Positions 47,984 to 58,231 of a DNA stretch of 64,000 bases are shown here, in pieces; within the stretch, counting starts at the first letter, position 1, and every line of letters starts with the position of its first letter. The position numbers and the translations under genes are program-made. Below the pieces are notes generated by a model. That model saw nothing but the letters and a program-made list of their open reading frames with translations. It had not been told where the DNA came from and did no database searches. The DNA is from Nanobdellota archaeon (GTDB lineage Archaea; Nanobdellota; Nanobdellia; Woesearchaeales; GW2011-AR4), in assembly GCA_038046385.1 (NCBI GenBank), contig JBBSWH010000006.1, positions 64,001 through 128,000 of the forward strand, in the 5' to 3' direction.

Positions 47984-49399
47984 TTACCCACCCATAAATT
48001 TACGCATCATGGGGTTCATATCCATCATGTGCTGCTTTGCAATGTCCTCATAAAGCCTGTAGACTATCATTACTGTAAGCAATATTCCTGTTCCGCTTCC
48101 CAATGCGCCTGTAAGATCTGCAAATGACGCAAGGAATCCGACTGTTATGGCGCCCATTATTGTCAACGGCCATATGTACCTGTTCAATAATCTTTCAAGA
48201 ACTCTTTCATCTTTTCTAAATCCAGGAATTTGAAGCCCTGATGATATCATCTGCCTTGCCTGTGATTTTGCATCCATGCCTGCTGTCTGGACCCAGAAGA
48301 GGCTGAACATTACGCTCCCCAAAATGAAGAATAAGACATATACGAGAGCCTGAAGGTATGCTGTTGCCCCGATAAAAATAGTGTGCTGCTGGATGATATT
48401 TGTAATGACTGGGGTGCCCTGAAGCCAATAAACCAATCCTGAAACCGGCTGGCCTGATGATGCTGAAAAAGTTCCCAGCCATGCATGGCCTGTATTCTGC
48501 AATAATCTTCCCCAAAGCTGGAAATTTGCAATGAGCGCTGCAACAAGTATGACCGGAATATTGGATGTATAAACAAAAGACAACGGCCATCTTATTCCAT
48601 GGCCTCTGACCATTCCGAATGACAATGGTATCTCAACCTTCATAGATTGTGCATAGACTGCTATTGCAAAAACAAGAACTGTAAAGAAGATTGCAGACAG
48701 CATTATCATTGCAGTTGTTACGTCGCCTGCAATAAGGCTCTGGAAGAAAGCAGGCACTGCGCCTGATGAGTATGTTGCCCCCTCAACGCCGCCAGGGCCT
48801 GGAAGCCAGTTAAATGCCCTTATGAAAATGCTCTTGCTGACGCCTGCGGCTATAAACAGCGAAATGCCGGAGCCGAAGCCCCACTTGCTTGTGACTTCAT
48901 CCAAAAACATAATCAAAAGACCGCCGAGGAAAAGCTGGAATATCAAAAGAAGCTGAAGCTGAAAATAAAACGAAGTTCCAAGATATTGCTCTGCCGGAGC
49001 CAATCCTCCCATGAATACGTAGATTGCGCTCTCAAAAACTATGAAGAACAAAGAAAGGAATTTTTGCGTTCCCTGAAATGATCTTTTTCCGTCAGGTGTT
49101 TGAAGGTCAAATTTTATGATGCCGGATCCGTTAAGAAGCTGAAGCACGATTGATGATGTAACAATAGGGCCTATTCCTAATGAAATAATTGATCCAAACT
49201 CTGCTCCAAGTATGATAGACAGTGTTTCGAATCTTTGGAGCGCATTTATGCCAAGGCCGAACAAAGGCAACAGACCAAGAGTGAAGAATATAATAAGCGT
49301 TACAAGGGTCCACTTCAGCTTTTCCCTGAATGAAAGAGTCTTTTGTGTTGGCCCTTCAACTTCGGGAAGATTTGAGATTATTGTTTGCCAGAGCGACAT
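47984..49399 (-). CDS. secY: Preprotein translocase SecY
   Basis: LGIGPIV, KWGFGSGISLFI, YTSNIP, IPGFR, GTGILL motifs. Confidence 0.96.
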   Translation of the reverse strand: MSLWQTIISNLPEVEGPTQKTLSFREKLKWTLVTLIIFFTLGLLPLFGLGINALQRFETLSIILGAEFGSIISLGIGPIVTSSIVLQLLNGSGIIKFDLQTPDGKRSFQGTQKFLSLFFIVFESAIYVFMGGLAPAEQYLGTSFYFQLQLLLIFQLFLGGLLIMFLDEVTSKWGFGSGISLFIAAGVSKSIFIRAFNWLPGPGGVEGATYSSGAVPAFFQSLIAGDVTTAMIMLSAIFFTVLVFAIAVYAQSMKVEIPLSFGMVRGHGIRWPLSFVYTSNIPVILVAALIANFQLWGRLLQNTGHAWLGTFSASSGQPVSGLVYWLQGTPVITNIIQQHTIFIGATAYLQALVYVLFFILGSVMFSLFWVQTAGMDAKSQARQMISSGLQIPGFRKDERVLERLLNRYIWPLTIMGAITVGFLASFADLTGALGSGTGILLTVMIVYRLYEDIAKQHMMDMNPMMRKFMGG

Positions 49400-49449
49400 T
49401 TTGATAAAAAAGAATTGATATTTTTTAAATCTATTGGAAAATTACAATA

Positions 49450-49896
49450 TTACTTTGCTATTGTAACTTCGCCGCCTGCTTTGCTCACTTTTTCTATTGC
49501 GGATTTTGATGCATAAGGTGTGTTTATCTTGAATTTCATTGAAACTCTGCCTGATGCGAGCAGTTTATTGTAACCAAGGCTTTTAAGGTCAACAACATAA
49601 AAACCATTCTCATTTTTTATTGACTTTGCTTCAAGGTATTTGTTGATATGAATTTCAATGTATCCGATGTTTACAGAGTTTATGTCGGGTGTTCTTGACT
49701 TGCTTATGAAGCCGTGCTTTCCAAAGTAATTCGCGTCTGCCCATACGCTTGGCTTCTTTGAATCAGCCCTTTTTCCGGAGCCTGCCATTCCTGCGCCGCC
49801 CTGATGGCCTTTTCCCCTGTGCTTCTTCTTTGAGCCCCATCCGTGCGTCGAGTGGCCTCGCTGCCTTACGTTCTTGCTTCTTTTGTTGATTGTCAT
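49450..49896 (-). CDS. rpl15: Ribosomal protein uL15
   Basis: RGHSTHGWG...GGAGMAG; operon position. Confidence 0.93.
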   Translation of the reverse strand: MTINKRSKNVRQRGHSTHGWGSKKKHRGKGHQGGAGMAGSGKRADSKKPSVWADANYFGKHGFISKSRTPDINSVNIGYIEIHINKYLEAKSIKNENGFYVVDLKSLGYNKLLASGRVSMKFKINTPYASKSAIEKVSKAGGEVTIAK

Positions 49897-49897
49897 T

Positions 49898-50362
49898 TTA
49901 CAGCATCCTCTTGATTAATTTGTTTACTTCGGCTCCCCTGTATCCAATGGCGCCGCCGTTTGTGTATGTATGCTTGATTCCTTTTTTCTCAAATCCGCCT
50001 TTTGGCGGGCTTAATCTGAAAAATTTCTTTATCTTTTTTCCGTTGATTGTGACAAAATCGTTGCTTGGGATAAGCCCTTTTGCATCCTGCTCATCTCCCT
50101 TGAATTCTTCTCCTTTCTTTTGGACAAGCAGATTATAAGTTTCCTCGTCAATTTCTCCCCAGGTTATGTAGTCTTTTGCTTTTCTTATCATACCCTCATA
50201 AGTTGGGTTGTTTGGGAAAACGTAGCAGTAGTTTTTTCTGTAAAGCCTTAATTGTGTAAGTGTTTTTGCTATGTCAGAATGTATCTGTGTTATTCCCCTT
50301 ACTCTTATTGCTGCCAATCTTGTTGTGTTTGGCTCAATCTGTTTTTTTTGTTCTCTTACCAT
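49898..50362 (-). CDS. rpl30: Ribosomal protein uL30
   Basis: AAIRVRG, YITWGE, FRLSPPKGG motifs. Confidence 0.93.
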   Translation of the reverse strand: MVREQKKQIEPNTTRLAAIRVRGITQIHSDIAKTLTQLRLYRKNYCYVFPNNPTYEGMIRKAKDYITWGEIDEETYNLLVQKKGEEFKGDEQDAKGLIPSNDFVTINGKKIKKFFRLSPPKGGFEKKGIKHTYTNGGAIGYRGAEVNKLIKRML

Positions 50363-50363
50363 T

Positions 50364-51263
50364 TTACATCCTTGCCTTTATTGCGCCTTCTATAATCTTT
50401 AGTTCGGCTGCTTTTTTATCATCGAGCTTGAATTCTGTCAGCTTCTGCAGTGCCTGAAAGCATGCGAAAAGCACGTTTAGCTTGCTTCTTGTCTGGCCTT
50501 CTGCTTTTGACCATACATCCTTTATGCCTGCAAGCTTCAGTATTTTCTGGCATTCCTTTTCTGCTTTTAATCCTGTTCCTTTAGGAGCAGGAAGCAAAAA
50601 GATTTCACATGACCCTACTTTGCCTGTTACTTTGAAAGGCACTGTATGCGGGTCGCCGCATCCGCAGCCCCAGTCTCCGCATCCTCTCTTGATTTTTATG
50701 ATATTCATCTTTGCCTGCCTTATTGCTTTTTCCCTTGCAGGAACTGTTTCCTTTGATTTTCCGTAACCTATTCCGACATATCCGTCGCTGTTTCCGACAA
50801 CTGCAAAGGTTGAGAATTTAGGCTTATTCCCTTCCTGAGTTTTCTTCTGCGTCTGCTTAAAAATTCTTTTTGAACCGCCGCCGAATTTACCCTTTGACTG
50901 GCCGACCATCAGCAAATCTGTTGATAGGTTTGGAAGAAGTGCATCGACAATTTCAGGCTCAAGTATCTTAATTCTTTTATCCAGTACGTAGTCTATGCTC
51001 TTTATCTCGCCGCTCTTTACCTTTATTCCCAAAGACGTCTTTGGCTTCCATGTATCTTTTTCAAAAGCGTCTTTCTTTTTTATTTCATCAACTATTTCTT
51101 CTTCAAGCTCCTTGACTTCGCCCATTTCTGTTGCAAGCCCTTCTTTTGGAACTTCTATGATTGGCTCTTCTTCTGTTGCTGCAGCTACTGCTGCTTCCTG
51201 TTTTTCAGCTGCTTCGTTTAAAACTGCTGCTTCTGCGTTTTCTTCCTTTTTCTTTTTAGTCAT
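50364..51263 (-). CDS. rps5: Ribosomal protein uS5 with acidic N-terminal extension
   Basis: WKPKTSLG, VGIGYGK, RGCGDW, PAPKGTG motifs. Confidence 0.93.
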   Translation of the reverse strand: MTKKKKEENAEAAVLNEAAEKQEAAVAAATEEEPIIEVPKEGLATEMGEVKELEEEIVDEIKKKDAFEKDTWKPKTSLGIKVKSGEIKSIDYVLDKRIKILEPEIVDALLPNLSTDLLMVGQSKGKFGGGSKRIFKQTQKKTQEGNKPKFSTFAVVGNSDGYVGIGYGKSKETVPAREKAIRQAKMNIIKIKRGCGDWGCGCGDPHTVPFKVTGKVGSCEIFLLPAPKGTGLKAEKECQKILKLAGIKDVWSKAEGQTRSKLNVLFACFQALQKLTEFKLDDKKAAELKIIEGAIKARM

Positions 51264-51832
51264 TTGATTTTTACCTTTATTTCGTTGAAATGCGAAACCA
51301 GATTTTCCGGCTGCAGTCCTTTTTTTAGATATACTGAAAAGTATTTTTCGTATTTTGCCTTGTCTGCTTTCATTGCTGATGCAAACTTTGCAATATGATC
51401 TCCTGATAGCCTGTCTTTTGAAGGCAAAATCTCTTTGTCGGCAGGTATTGAAAGACCTGAATCGAGTGCGCCTGCAAGAGTTGCATAGATTCTTGATCCC
51501 TTGACAGAATTGTTAAACCCTATGTCAAGGATTGCTTCCTTTATTCCCTTTGCCTGCGCCTGCTTGCCTGCCATAAATCCAACAAGGTATGCGCTTGGTA
51601 TGTTTCCGTTGTCTGCTTTCCATCCAAGCTTTGCCAATGCTTTTGAATTAACTGTCAGCAAAATTTTATCGCCTTTTGGGCTGTACTCTATCAATGAAAC
51701 GTGAAGGTTGCTAAGTGATTTTCTGACTACGAACCTTGGCCTGTCTGAAAGAAGCGTCTTTATTCTTTTCTTGTAATGCGTCCTTCCCTGCCTTTTTCTC
51801 CTGTAAGGGATGTTCTTTATTGAGTCTTTCAT
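51260..51832 (-). CDS. rpl18: Ribosomal protein uL18
   Basis: RRKRQGRTHYKKR, NIPSAYLVG motifs. Confidence 0.93.
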   Translation of the reverse strand: MKDSIKNIPYRRKRQGRTHYKKRIKTLLSDRPRFVVRKSLSNLHVSLIEYSPKGDKILLTVNSKALAKLGWKADNGNIPSAYLVGFMAGKQAQAKGIKEAILDIGFNNSVKGSRIYATLAGALDSGLSIPADKEILPSKDRLSGDHIAKFASAMKADKAKYEKYFSVYLKKGLQPENLVSHFNEIKVKIK

Positions 51833-52275
51833 TTTTTAATCAATCCCCTTTCCTGAATATAAAGCTTCAAGTGGCCGATGCTTCTGAAAAATCCGCCCTT
51901 GCTTTTCATATAAAGCTCGTGATAAACTGTTGTTGAAATCATTGATTTGTCCCTTAAATTCTTGATGTGTCCCCTTTGAAGCCTTATTTTGTTCATCCAT
52001 GCTCTTTTTGACGGGGTTCGTGCTGTCTTTTTTCCTTTTCTTGAACCAACACCTTTTCTTTTTCCCTTGCTCTTCTGCTTTGCATTGATTCTTGCCCAGT
52101 ATTTTGATGTGTTAAGCAGCCTTCTTGTTGAAATTGCTCCGCTGTTGATAAGTATCCTTATGTCTGTCTTGGTTATTGCTTCCTTTATTTCGGTAAGCTT
52201 TTCCGGATCAAACTGTATCCTGTTGATTCCGCATTTCAATATTCCCGCTGCCAGTCTTCTTTGAACCCTTAACAT
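51829..52275 (-). CDS. rpl19e: Ribosomal protein eL19
   Basis: QRRLAA, GSRKG, YMKSKGGFF motifs. Confidence 0.93.
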   Translation of the reverse strand: MLRVQRRLAAGILKCGINRIQFDPEKLTEIKEAITKTDIRILINSGAISTRRLLNTSKYWARINAKQKSKGKRKGVGSRKGKKTARTPSKRAWMNKIRLQRGHIKNLRDKSMISTTVYHELYMKSKGGFFRSIGHLKLYIQERGLIKK

Positions 52276-52276
52276 T

Positions 52277-52888
52277 TTATTCCTTCTTTGTCAAAACCCT
52301 TTTCTTTTCTTCTTTTTCGAGCTTTTTCTTTTCCTCTGCTGTGTCTGCTGATTGTGATTCTGTTTTCGGCTCTTCTTTCTTTGTCTCTTCTGCCTTTGCC
52401 TCTGTTTTTTCTTCAGCTTTTTTTGATTTTGATTCTTTTTTTGCGTCTCTCTTCGATGATCTTTGTTTTCTTGAAGCTACATTCTCCTCTATCTTCTTTA
52501 TCTTGTCATCTGAATTGAAGTTAAGGACTGTTAATCCAAGCTCCTTTGCCTTTTTTAATATTTCAAGCTTCCTTCTCATTCCTAAATTGCCTGAAACTAT
52601 TATTCCTTCTGACACTTTGTTGATTTTCCCAAGCTCTTTTTCTGTTGCAACGTGAACCATCTTCATTCCTGAATGATGCAGTCCTTTTACTGCAACAGGC
52701 GACTTGTATCCTGGTGACGGCATTTTTCTTCTGCCTTTGAAAGCGTGCCTTATTTTTGAATGGACTCCTTTAGGTTTTCTCCACTTGTCCTGATTCTGGA
52801 TTCTCATTCTTCTGTGATCGTCCTGCCTAATAAAGTGCGGCTTTCTTTCTTTCATCTCTTTTCTTATTTGAAGTAATTCCTTGCTCAT
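52277..52888 (-). CDS. rpl32e: Ribosomal protein eL32 with charged C-terminal tail
   Basis: KPHFIRQ, WRKPKG, GLHHSG motifs. Confidence 0.92.
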   Translation of the reverse strand: MSKELLQIRKEMKERKPHFIRQDDHRRMRIQNQDKWRKPKGVHSKIRHAFKGRRKMPSPGYKSPVAVKGLHHSGMKMVHVATEKELGKINKVSEGIIVSGNLGMRRKLEILKKAKELGLTVLNFNSDDKIKKIEENVASRKQRSSKRDAKKESKSKKAEEKTEAKAEETKKEEPKTESQSADTAEEKKKLEKEEKKRVLTKKE

Positions 52889-53457
52889 TTTTGCTCCTCG
52901 CCGTCTTTGTTGATTATGTAAATTCCGTCCTGAAATACTCTTGTGTCAAAACCAGGCCTTCTTGTAAGCTGCTCAATGTCTGCGCTTATCTGTCCTGCAA
53001 TCTCCTTGTCTGGGCTTGTTATGTTAATGTGATCCCCATCTAATTTAACTTCTGCGCCTGCTTTGATTATCATTGATCTTGGAACTTTTTCTCCAAGAAA
53101 GTTTTTGACAACAAACTTGTTGCCTGATATTGATACGTTCATTGGAAAGTGGCCAGAGCATATTTTCAGCACATATACGTGCGCGTTCTGGCTTCCCCTT
53201 ACCATGTTTTTTACGTGCGCAACCAAAGATCCTATCATCTTCTTTGACCTTTTTGTTGTTTTATTTGCTTCGAATGTTATCTTGTTTGATTCGTGCTTGA
53301 TTACGACATGGTGGAATTTCATCTCCCTTTTTACTTCTCCTTTAGGCCCTTTTACTGTGATTGTTTTTCCTGTTACTGACATTGTGACTCCTGACGGCAT
53401 CTCAACATGCTTAATCAGCTTCTCTTTCCTCAAATCCCTGGTTTGTCGCATGTTCAT
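52885..53457 (-). CDS. rpl6: Ribosomal protein uL6
   Basis: VKGPKG, HFPM, NFLGEK, DTRVFQDGIY motifs. Confidence 0.93.
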   Translation of the reverse strand: MNMRQTRDLRKEKLIKHVEMPSGVTMSVTGKTITVKGPKGEVKREMKFHHVVIKHESNKITFEANKTTKRSKKMIGSLVAHVKNMVRGSQNAHVYVLKICSGHFPMNVSISGNKFVVKNFLGEKVPRSMIIKAGAEVKLDGDHINITSPDKEIAGQISADIEQLTRRPGFDTRVFQDGIYIINKDGEEQK

Positions 53458-53462
53458 TTTAG

Positions 53463-53852
53463 TTAGTAGCAATATGCCAGCAATTTTCCGCCTATTTTCT
53501 TTGCCTTTGCATCATAATGGGTTGTGATTCCTTTTGGAGTTGAAACAAATATTATTCCAAGGTCCTTTGCCGGCAAGTATCTTCTTTCGAATTTTTCAAA
53601 CTCTTCTTTCTTGACGCTGTATCTTGGCTTGATGACTCCGCATTTGTTGATGCTTCCTGTAAGTGTGATGTTGATATAATTCCCTCTGCTGTCAACGGTT
53701 TCTTTGAAATCACCGATGTATCCGTTGTCCTTCATTACCTGAAGGATTTCCTTGATTACCTTTGAAACCGGCTTTATCATGCACTCTGATTTGCCTATTG
53801 CTTCGTTGTTTACAATCAGTGACATGACATTTGCTAATGGATCGTTGAGCAT
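53463..53852 (-). CDS. rps8: Ribosomal protein uS8
   Basis: DPLAN, INKCGVIKPR, STPKG, GGKLLAY motifs. Confidence 0.95.
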   Translation of the reverse strand: MLNDPLANVMSLIVNNEAIGKSECMIKPVSKVIKEILQVMKDNGYIGDFKETVDSRGNYINITLTGSINKCGVIKPRYSVKKEEFEKFERRYLPAKDLGIIFVSTPKGITTHYDAKAKKIGGKLLAYCY

Positions 53853-53861
53853 TTTTCCTCC

Positions 53862-54092
53862 TTAGTTGAATTTCTTGAATCCTATGCTTACTGCAACTTC
53901 CCTAAAGCAGCTTCTGCAAAGCATAAGTCCATATTTTTTTATCATTCCGCCAGGTCGTCCGCAGCGCCGGCATTTTTTTGTTGATCGTCCGAATTTTCTT
54001 GGTTTTGGGGAGTTGTGTTTTATGTATTTCTGCATCTTTGCAGGCTTTGACCTTAATTGCTTGAACACCTTCCTGTAATCACTGTATGTCAT
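53862..54092 (-). CDS. rps14: Ribosomal protein uS14
   Basis: CRRCG...LCRSCFRE zinc motif. Confidence 0.93.
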   Translation of the reverse strand: MTYSDYRKVFKQLRSKPAKMQKYIKHNSPKPRKFGRSTKKCRRCGRPGGMIKKYGLMLCRSCFREVAVSIGFKKFN

Positions 54093-54604
54093 TATTGCTC
54101 CTCCATATTGATCTTGTAGTTGCTAGACATGAACTTGATTGCATCTTCTTTTGTTATCCTGTGTTTCATTGGTATCTTTCTTGTCAAAAGTTTTCTTTTC
54201 TTTATCCTGAATCCCGGCCTTTCAAGGGTTATGCAAACCTGCAGCCCCATTATTCCTATTTTTGGATCGTATTTTACGCCTGGTATTTCGATGTATTCTG
54301 GAATTCCAAATGCGATGTTTCCGTTCTCGTCAAACTGCCTGTTTGTAAGCTTGTTGTCCACAGCTTCAAGCAGTCTTGGAAGCATTTGCGTTGCTCTTGT
54401 TTTTCTTAATGTAAGCTTGCATCCTATTGCCAGTCCCGGCCTTAGGCCCCATTCCTGGATTCTTTTCTTTGTGATTGTCTTGACAGGAGTTGCGCTTCCT
54501 ATATATTTCAAAAGCACAAGCCCTTTTTCCAGCCTTGACTGGTCTTTGCCTGCACCTATGTTTAAGGTAACTTTCTCTATCCTTATGTTTCTCATCTGGC
54601 TCAT
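54092..54604 (-). CDS. rpl5: Ribosomal protein uL5
   Basis: [24 protein letters not shown] motifs. Confidence 0.95.
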   Translation of the reverse strand: MSQMRNIRIEKVTLNIGAGKDQSRLEKGLVLLKYIGSATPVKTITKKRIQEWGLRPGLAIGCKLTLRKTRATQMLPRLLEAVDNKLTNRQFDENGNIAFGIPEYIEIPGVKYDPKIGIMGLQVCITLERPGFRIKKRKLLTRKIPMKHRITKEDAIKFMSSNYKINMEEQ

Positions 54605-55290
54605 TTTTTATCGAGTGCTATTAACGGCTTGTCTTCTCCTATCACGAATGCATATTCTTTCAAAGTCTCAACAAGCTCTCCGTTATGGTCTTTGTATATG
54701 ATTTTGTTTCCTGCTATGTCTTCTATCTTTCCTGTTTCTCCGACGTGCTTCCCGCTTGTCAGGAAAATCGTTGCTTTCTTCTGAAGCTTTAGGTGCTTGC
54801 TTATCTTCTGGTCAGGCAATGAAAGCATAACAGAATCTCCTACCTTGTAGTCGTTCTTTTCTGCAAGCTTGTTTTTTCCGTCGTAAAAGTTAAGCTGAAC
54901 TTTTCCTTTCACCATTGCCTTGCCGATTATCTTGGCAGGCTTCATTGATGATTCTTCTTTTGAAGTTTCGATTGTGTCAATTTTTCCTTTTTTGTTAAGT
55001 ATAAGTCTGAAGTGCTTTCCGTTTGAAAACTCAACTGTGTCAAAAATCCCGACCGGGAATCTGAAATCTTTTCTTACTGTTCCGTCAACCTTTACGCTGT
55101 TTGCATTCAGTATTTTTTTTACCTCTCTTGTTGTTGCAGCGTAATTGAAAACTTCCTTTACTAGTGTGCCAAGAGCAAGGCTTATGTCTGAACTGTGTGG
55201 CCCTGGAGCTGGCTTTGTTACGAACTTGTTTTTTTTCCTGTTTATGTGCCATGTCTTTGGCGTTGCCATTCTTTTCAAGTGTGATACCAT
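54601..55290 (-). CDS. rps4e: Ribosomal protein eS4
   Basis: HLKR..P.W, PGPH, FPVGIFD motifs. Confidence 0.93.
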   Translation of the reverse strand: MVSHLKRMATPKTWHINRKKNKFVTKPAPGPHSSDISLALGTLVKEVFNYAATTREVKKILNANSVKVDGTVRKDFRFPVGIFDTVEFSNGKHFRLILNKKGKIDTIETSKEESSMKPAKIIGKAMVKGKVQLNFYDGKNKLAEKNDYKVGDSVMLSLPDQKISKHLKLQKKATIFLTSGKHVGETGKIEDIAGNKIIYKDHNGELVETLKEYAFVIGEDKPLIALDKK

Positions 55291-55291
55291 T

Positions 55292-55669
55292 TTATTTTCT
55301 CTCCAAGATTTTTTGTCTTTGCTTATCGTCCATGTTTAACTCTGTTATCATCAAATTTGACGGATTCAGCGCGATTTTCTTTTTTGATCCGTCTCTTTTT
55401 GTTATTTCAACGCCTGCAACAAATATTTTCTGGTCTTTCAGTCTTACGGATTCTACTTTTCCCTCTGTTTTTCTGAATGACCCTATCATGATTTTTACCT
55501 TGTCCCCTTTTCTTATTGAGATGCTTCTTTTCTTGTACTTTAATTTGAGATCTTTTGATAAATGAGCATGCGTTAATTTCTGCTTTACGTGAAGCGGAGC
55601 CTTTGCCCTGTACTTCCTCTGTTTCCTTATTTTACTGCTTGACTTCCATGACGGTACGTATGCTTTCAT
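55292..55669 (-). CDS. rpl24: Ribosomal protein uL24
   Basis: KQRK, APLH, GDKVKIMIG motifs. Confidence 0.93.
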   Translation of the reverse strand: MKAYVPSWKSSSKIRKQRKYRAKAPLHVKQKLTHAHLSKDLKLKYKKRSISIRKGDKVKIMIGSFRKTEGKVESVRLKDQKIFVAGVEITKRDGSKKKIALNPSNLMITELNMDDKQRQKILERK

Positions 55670-55670
55670 T

Positions 55671-56072
55671 TTAGACCACAATGCTCGCTATTTTTGATAT
55701 TCCAGGCCATCTCTCACATGCTTCTTTTGCGATAGCTCCCTTGAAGATTGTTCCTTTTGGATTTCCTTTGTCATCTTTTACTACAACTGCTGCGTTGTCT
55801 TCAAATTTTATTCTCATTCCGTCTGATCTTCTGAATTCTTTTTTTTGCCTGACAATTACTGCATAAACAACTGTCTTTCTCATATCCGGACGGCCTCTGA
55901 CAACAGATGCCTGCACCAAATCGCCGACACCTGCGCTTGCTATCCTTCCCTTTACTGTTTTTAATCCAACTACTGTGAATATCTTCAGGATTTTTGCTCC
56001 TGAATTATCGCAAGTGTCGACTTTGCAGTAAACCGGAAGTGCTCTTGTAACGCGTGATTTTAATGCCTGCAT
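55671..56072 (-). CDS. rpl14: Ribosomal protein uL14
   Basis: DNSGAK, FEDNAAV, PKGT motifs. Confidence 0.95.
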   Translation of the reverse strand: MQALKSRVTRALPVYCKVDTCDNSGAKILKIFTVVGLKTVKGRIASAGVGDLVQASVVRGRPDMRKTVVYAVIVRQKKEFRRSDGMRIKFEDNAAVVVKDDKGNPKGTIFKGAIAKEACERWPGISKIASIVV

Positions 56073-56073
56073 T

Positions 56074-56511
56074 TTATTTCTTCTCCTCTTCTGCTGCTGC
56101 TGGTGCCAGTGTTTTTTCCTTTACAGGAACTTTTGAAGATTCCCTTGCGCTCATCTTTTCAATGAATCCTTTCTCTGCGCCAAGCTTCTGTATGATTGTA
56201 AAGTTTTTTGTCTTGCTCAAAGGCCTGCATTCTGCAATTAATACAACATCCCCTTCCTTTGCGCCGATGCATTCTGGGCTGTGAACTTTCAATCTTGTCC
56301 TTCTTTTCTCGTATCTCTCGTACTTTTTTATGAAATATAAACGCTCAAATTCTATTGTTGCTGTCTTGCTCATCTTTGATGATAGGACTGTGCCTGTAAA
56401 CTGGCGCCCCCTGACGTTCAATGTGCCGTGGAACGGGCAGTTGATGTCCGTGCATGTTTGTTTTGGTGCAGGTACATTGATTCCGATGTTTTTTTGTTTT
56501 GTTTTTGCCAT
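56074..56511 (-). CDS. rps17: Ribosomal protein uS17
   Basis: CPFHG, KYERYEKR, ECRPLSKTK motifs. Confidence 0.95.
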   Translation of the reverse strand: MAKTKQKNIGINVPAPKQTCTDINCPFHGTLNVRGRQFTGTVLSSKMSKTATIEFERLYFIKKYERYEKRRTRLKVHSPECIGAKEGDVVLIAECRPLSKTKNFTIIQKLGAEKGFIEKMSARESSKVPVKEKTLAPAAAEEEKK

Positions 56512-56520
56512 TTTAGTTTT

Positions 56521-56829
56521 TTATTTGAACTCTATGCTTGATGGGCTAAACCCATATTCAATCAATATTTTTTTTGTCCTTTGCTTGTGCTCTCCCTGCA
56601 GCTCTACTTTGCCTTTTTTTGCTGTTCCGCCGCATGCGAGCGATGATTTCAATCTTTTTGCGAGATCTTTGAGGTCAATTTCCTTTTCATCGATTCCCTC
56701 GACGATTGTGTAATTTTTGTTGAATTTTTTCCTCTCGATATAAACCAAAATCTTCTGGCTTTCTTTGGCTATTGTTTCACAAACACATAGCTCTTTCACC
56801 AAACCGCAAATCTGGCATATTTCGCTCAT
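56521..56829 (-). CDS. Translation initiation factor aIF1 (SUI1)
   Basis: CGL..ELCVC, LACGGT, ELQGEH motifs. Confidence 0.93.
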   Translation of the reverse strand: MSEICQICGLVKELCVCETIAKESQKILVYIERKKFNKNYTIVEGIDEKEIDLKDLAKRLKSSLACGGTAKKGKVELQGEHKQRTKKILIEYGFSPSSIEFK

Positions 56830-57059
56830 TCCTTTTTGCTTCCTCCTTCGAGTTGTGCATTAAATTCTTTCATTTCTTTTTCTTTTCTGATTGTGTGTAT
56901 CTGTGCAATTATTTTCTTGATTTCCTTTACTCTTGAAGGATTCTTCGGGATTGTGCCTATGGCTATCTGCGAATTTACTTTCATTAAATCCTTTTTCAGA
57001 TCGAGAAGCTTTGCTTCAACGGCCTGATCATTCAGCGTCCTTAGTTCCTTTATCTTCAT
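56826..57059 (-). CDS. rpl29: Ribosomal protein uL29
   Basis: KELR, NPSRVKEIKKIIAQIHT. Confidence 0.9.
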   Translation of the reverse strand: MKIKELRTLNDQAVEAKLLDLKKDLMKVNSQIAIGTIPKNPSRVKEIKKIIAQIHTIRKEKEMKEFNAQLEGGSKKE

Positions 57060-57774
57060 CTTTCTTCTTTCTCTTTCTAGGCTTCTTTGCCTCTTTTACT
57101 TCTTTTTTTGCTTCTTCTTTCTTTTCTTCTGTCTTTAATTGTGATTCTGCCTTTGCTTTTTCATTTTCCAAAACAGATTCTTCTGTTCTCATTTCGATTG
57201 CGTCAGGAAGCTGGATATCAGGCGGCATTATGCTGACTTTTACTCCGACAACTCCTGTTTTTAGCTGCGCCTGCATGTCTGCTTTTCCAACCTTTAATGC
57301 GATGTCGCCGCATTTCTTCAGGTATCCCTGGTAAAATCTCCATGTTTTCGCGCGCGAGCTTGGTATTTTTCCGCTTATTGTGATTTCTATTCCGAGTGCT
57401 CCTGCCCTCAATACTTCTGTCATTATCTTGTGCGCAATTGCCTTAAATTTCTGGGCTCCAAATTTTTCAAGCGCATCAACTATTTTTTCTGTTATGATAT
57501 GTGCATCCAGGCTTGGATTTTCAACTTCACTTATTTCTATCTGAGGATTTTCAAGGTCAAATTTCTTTTTTAACGTCTTTGTCAGTTGTTTTATGTTCTG
57601 CCCTTTTCTTCCTACAATCAGTCCAGGCCTTGAAGCTGAGATTACTATCTTTTCTCCAAGAGGAGTCTTGACCATCCTTGTATGCGAGTGTCCTACGTTT
57701 TCCAAACTCTGAGTTATGTACTCTTCAATCTGGAATTCCTTTATTTTTTGAGCAACGAATTTTCTTTCAATCAT
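57028..57774 (-). CDS. rps3: Ribosomal protein uS3
   Basis: KTPLG, RPGLIVGRKG, GVKVSIMPP motifs. Confidence 0.95.
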   Translation of the reverse strand: MIERKFVAQKIKEFQIEEYITQSLENVGHSHTRMVKTPLGEKIVISASRPGLIVGRKGQNIKQLTKTLKKKFDLENPQIEISEVENPSLDAHIITEKIVDALEKFGAQKFKAIAHKIMTEVLRAGALGIEITISGKIPSSRAKTWRFYQGYLKKCGDIALKVGKADMQAQLKTGVVGVKVSIMPPDIQLPDAIEMRTEESVLENEKAKAESQLKTEEKKEEAKKEVKEAKKPRKRKKKDEDKGTKDAE

Positions 57775-58229
57775 TTCTTTTTTTCCTCTTTCTTTTCCTT
57801 TGTTTCTTCAAGCACGATTTCGATGTTTGTTCTTTTCATTACTCTTCTTGATTTTCTTCCGAAATGCATTGAACGTCCGCCTTTGTTTGAAGTTGCGTGA
57901 ACTACAACCAAGTTGGATGTATTCAATCCCTTGAACTGTGCGTTTGCCTCTGCTGCTTCTACAATCTGCAGTATGAATTTTGATGCCTTGGCAGGATATC
58001 TTCCAGGGCCTATCCCCGGCTTGTGACCAAGATCCCAGTTGTATCTGTTGAAAGGTATTGCGACTTTTTCTGCCATTGCGCCTTCAAGTATTTTCTTTAC
58101 AGCTGCAATTTTCCTGTTTTTTATGTGGGCGCATATTTCGACGCTCTGCTTGAATGATATCGGAAGCAAAGCTCCGTAAGCTCTTGACATATTTTCAGGT
58201 TTGTAATCCTTGAAGCTGTATGACGTCAT
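57771..58229 (-). CDS. rpl22: Ribosomal protein uL22
   Basis: ISFKQSVEIC, GRYPAKA, NAQFKGL motifs. Confidence 0.93.
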   Translation of the reverse strand: MTSYSFKDYKPENMSRAYGALLPISFKQSVEICAHIKNRKIAAVKKILEGAMAEKVAIPFNRYNWDLGHKPGIGPGRYPAKASKFILQIVEAAEANAQFKGLNTSNLVVVHATSNKGGRSMHFGRKSRRVMKRTNIEIVLEETKEKKEEKKK

Positions 58230-58231
58230 TT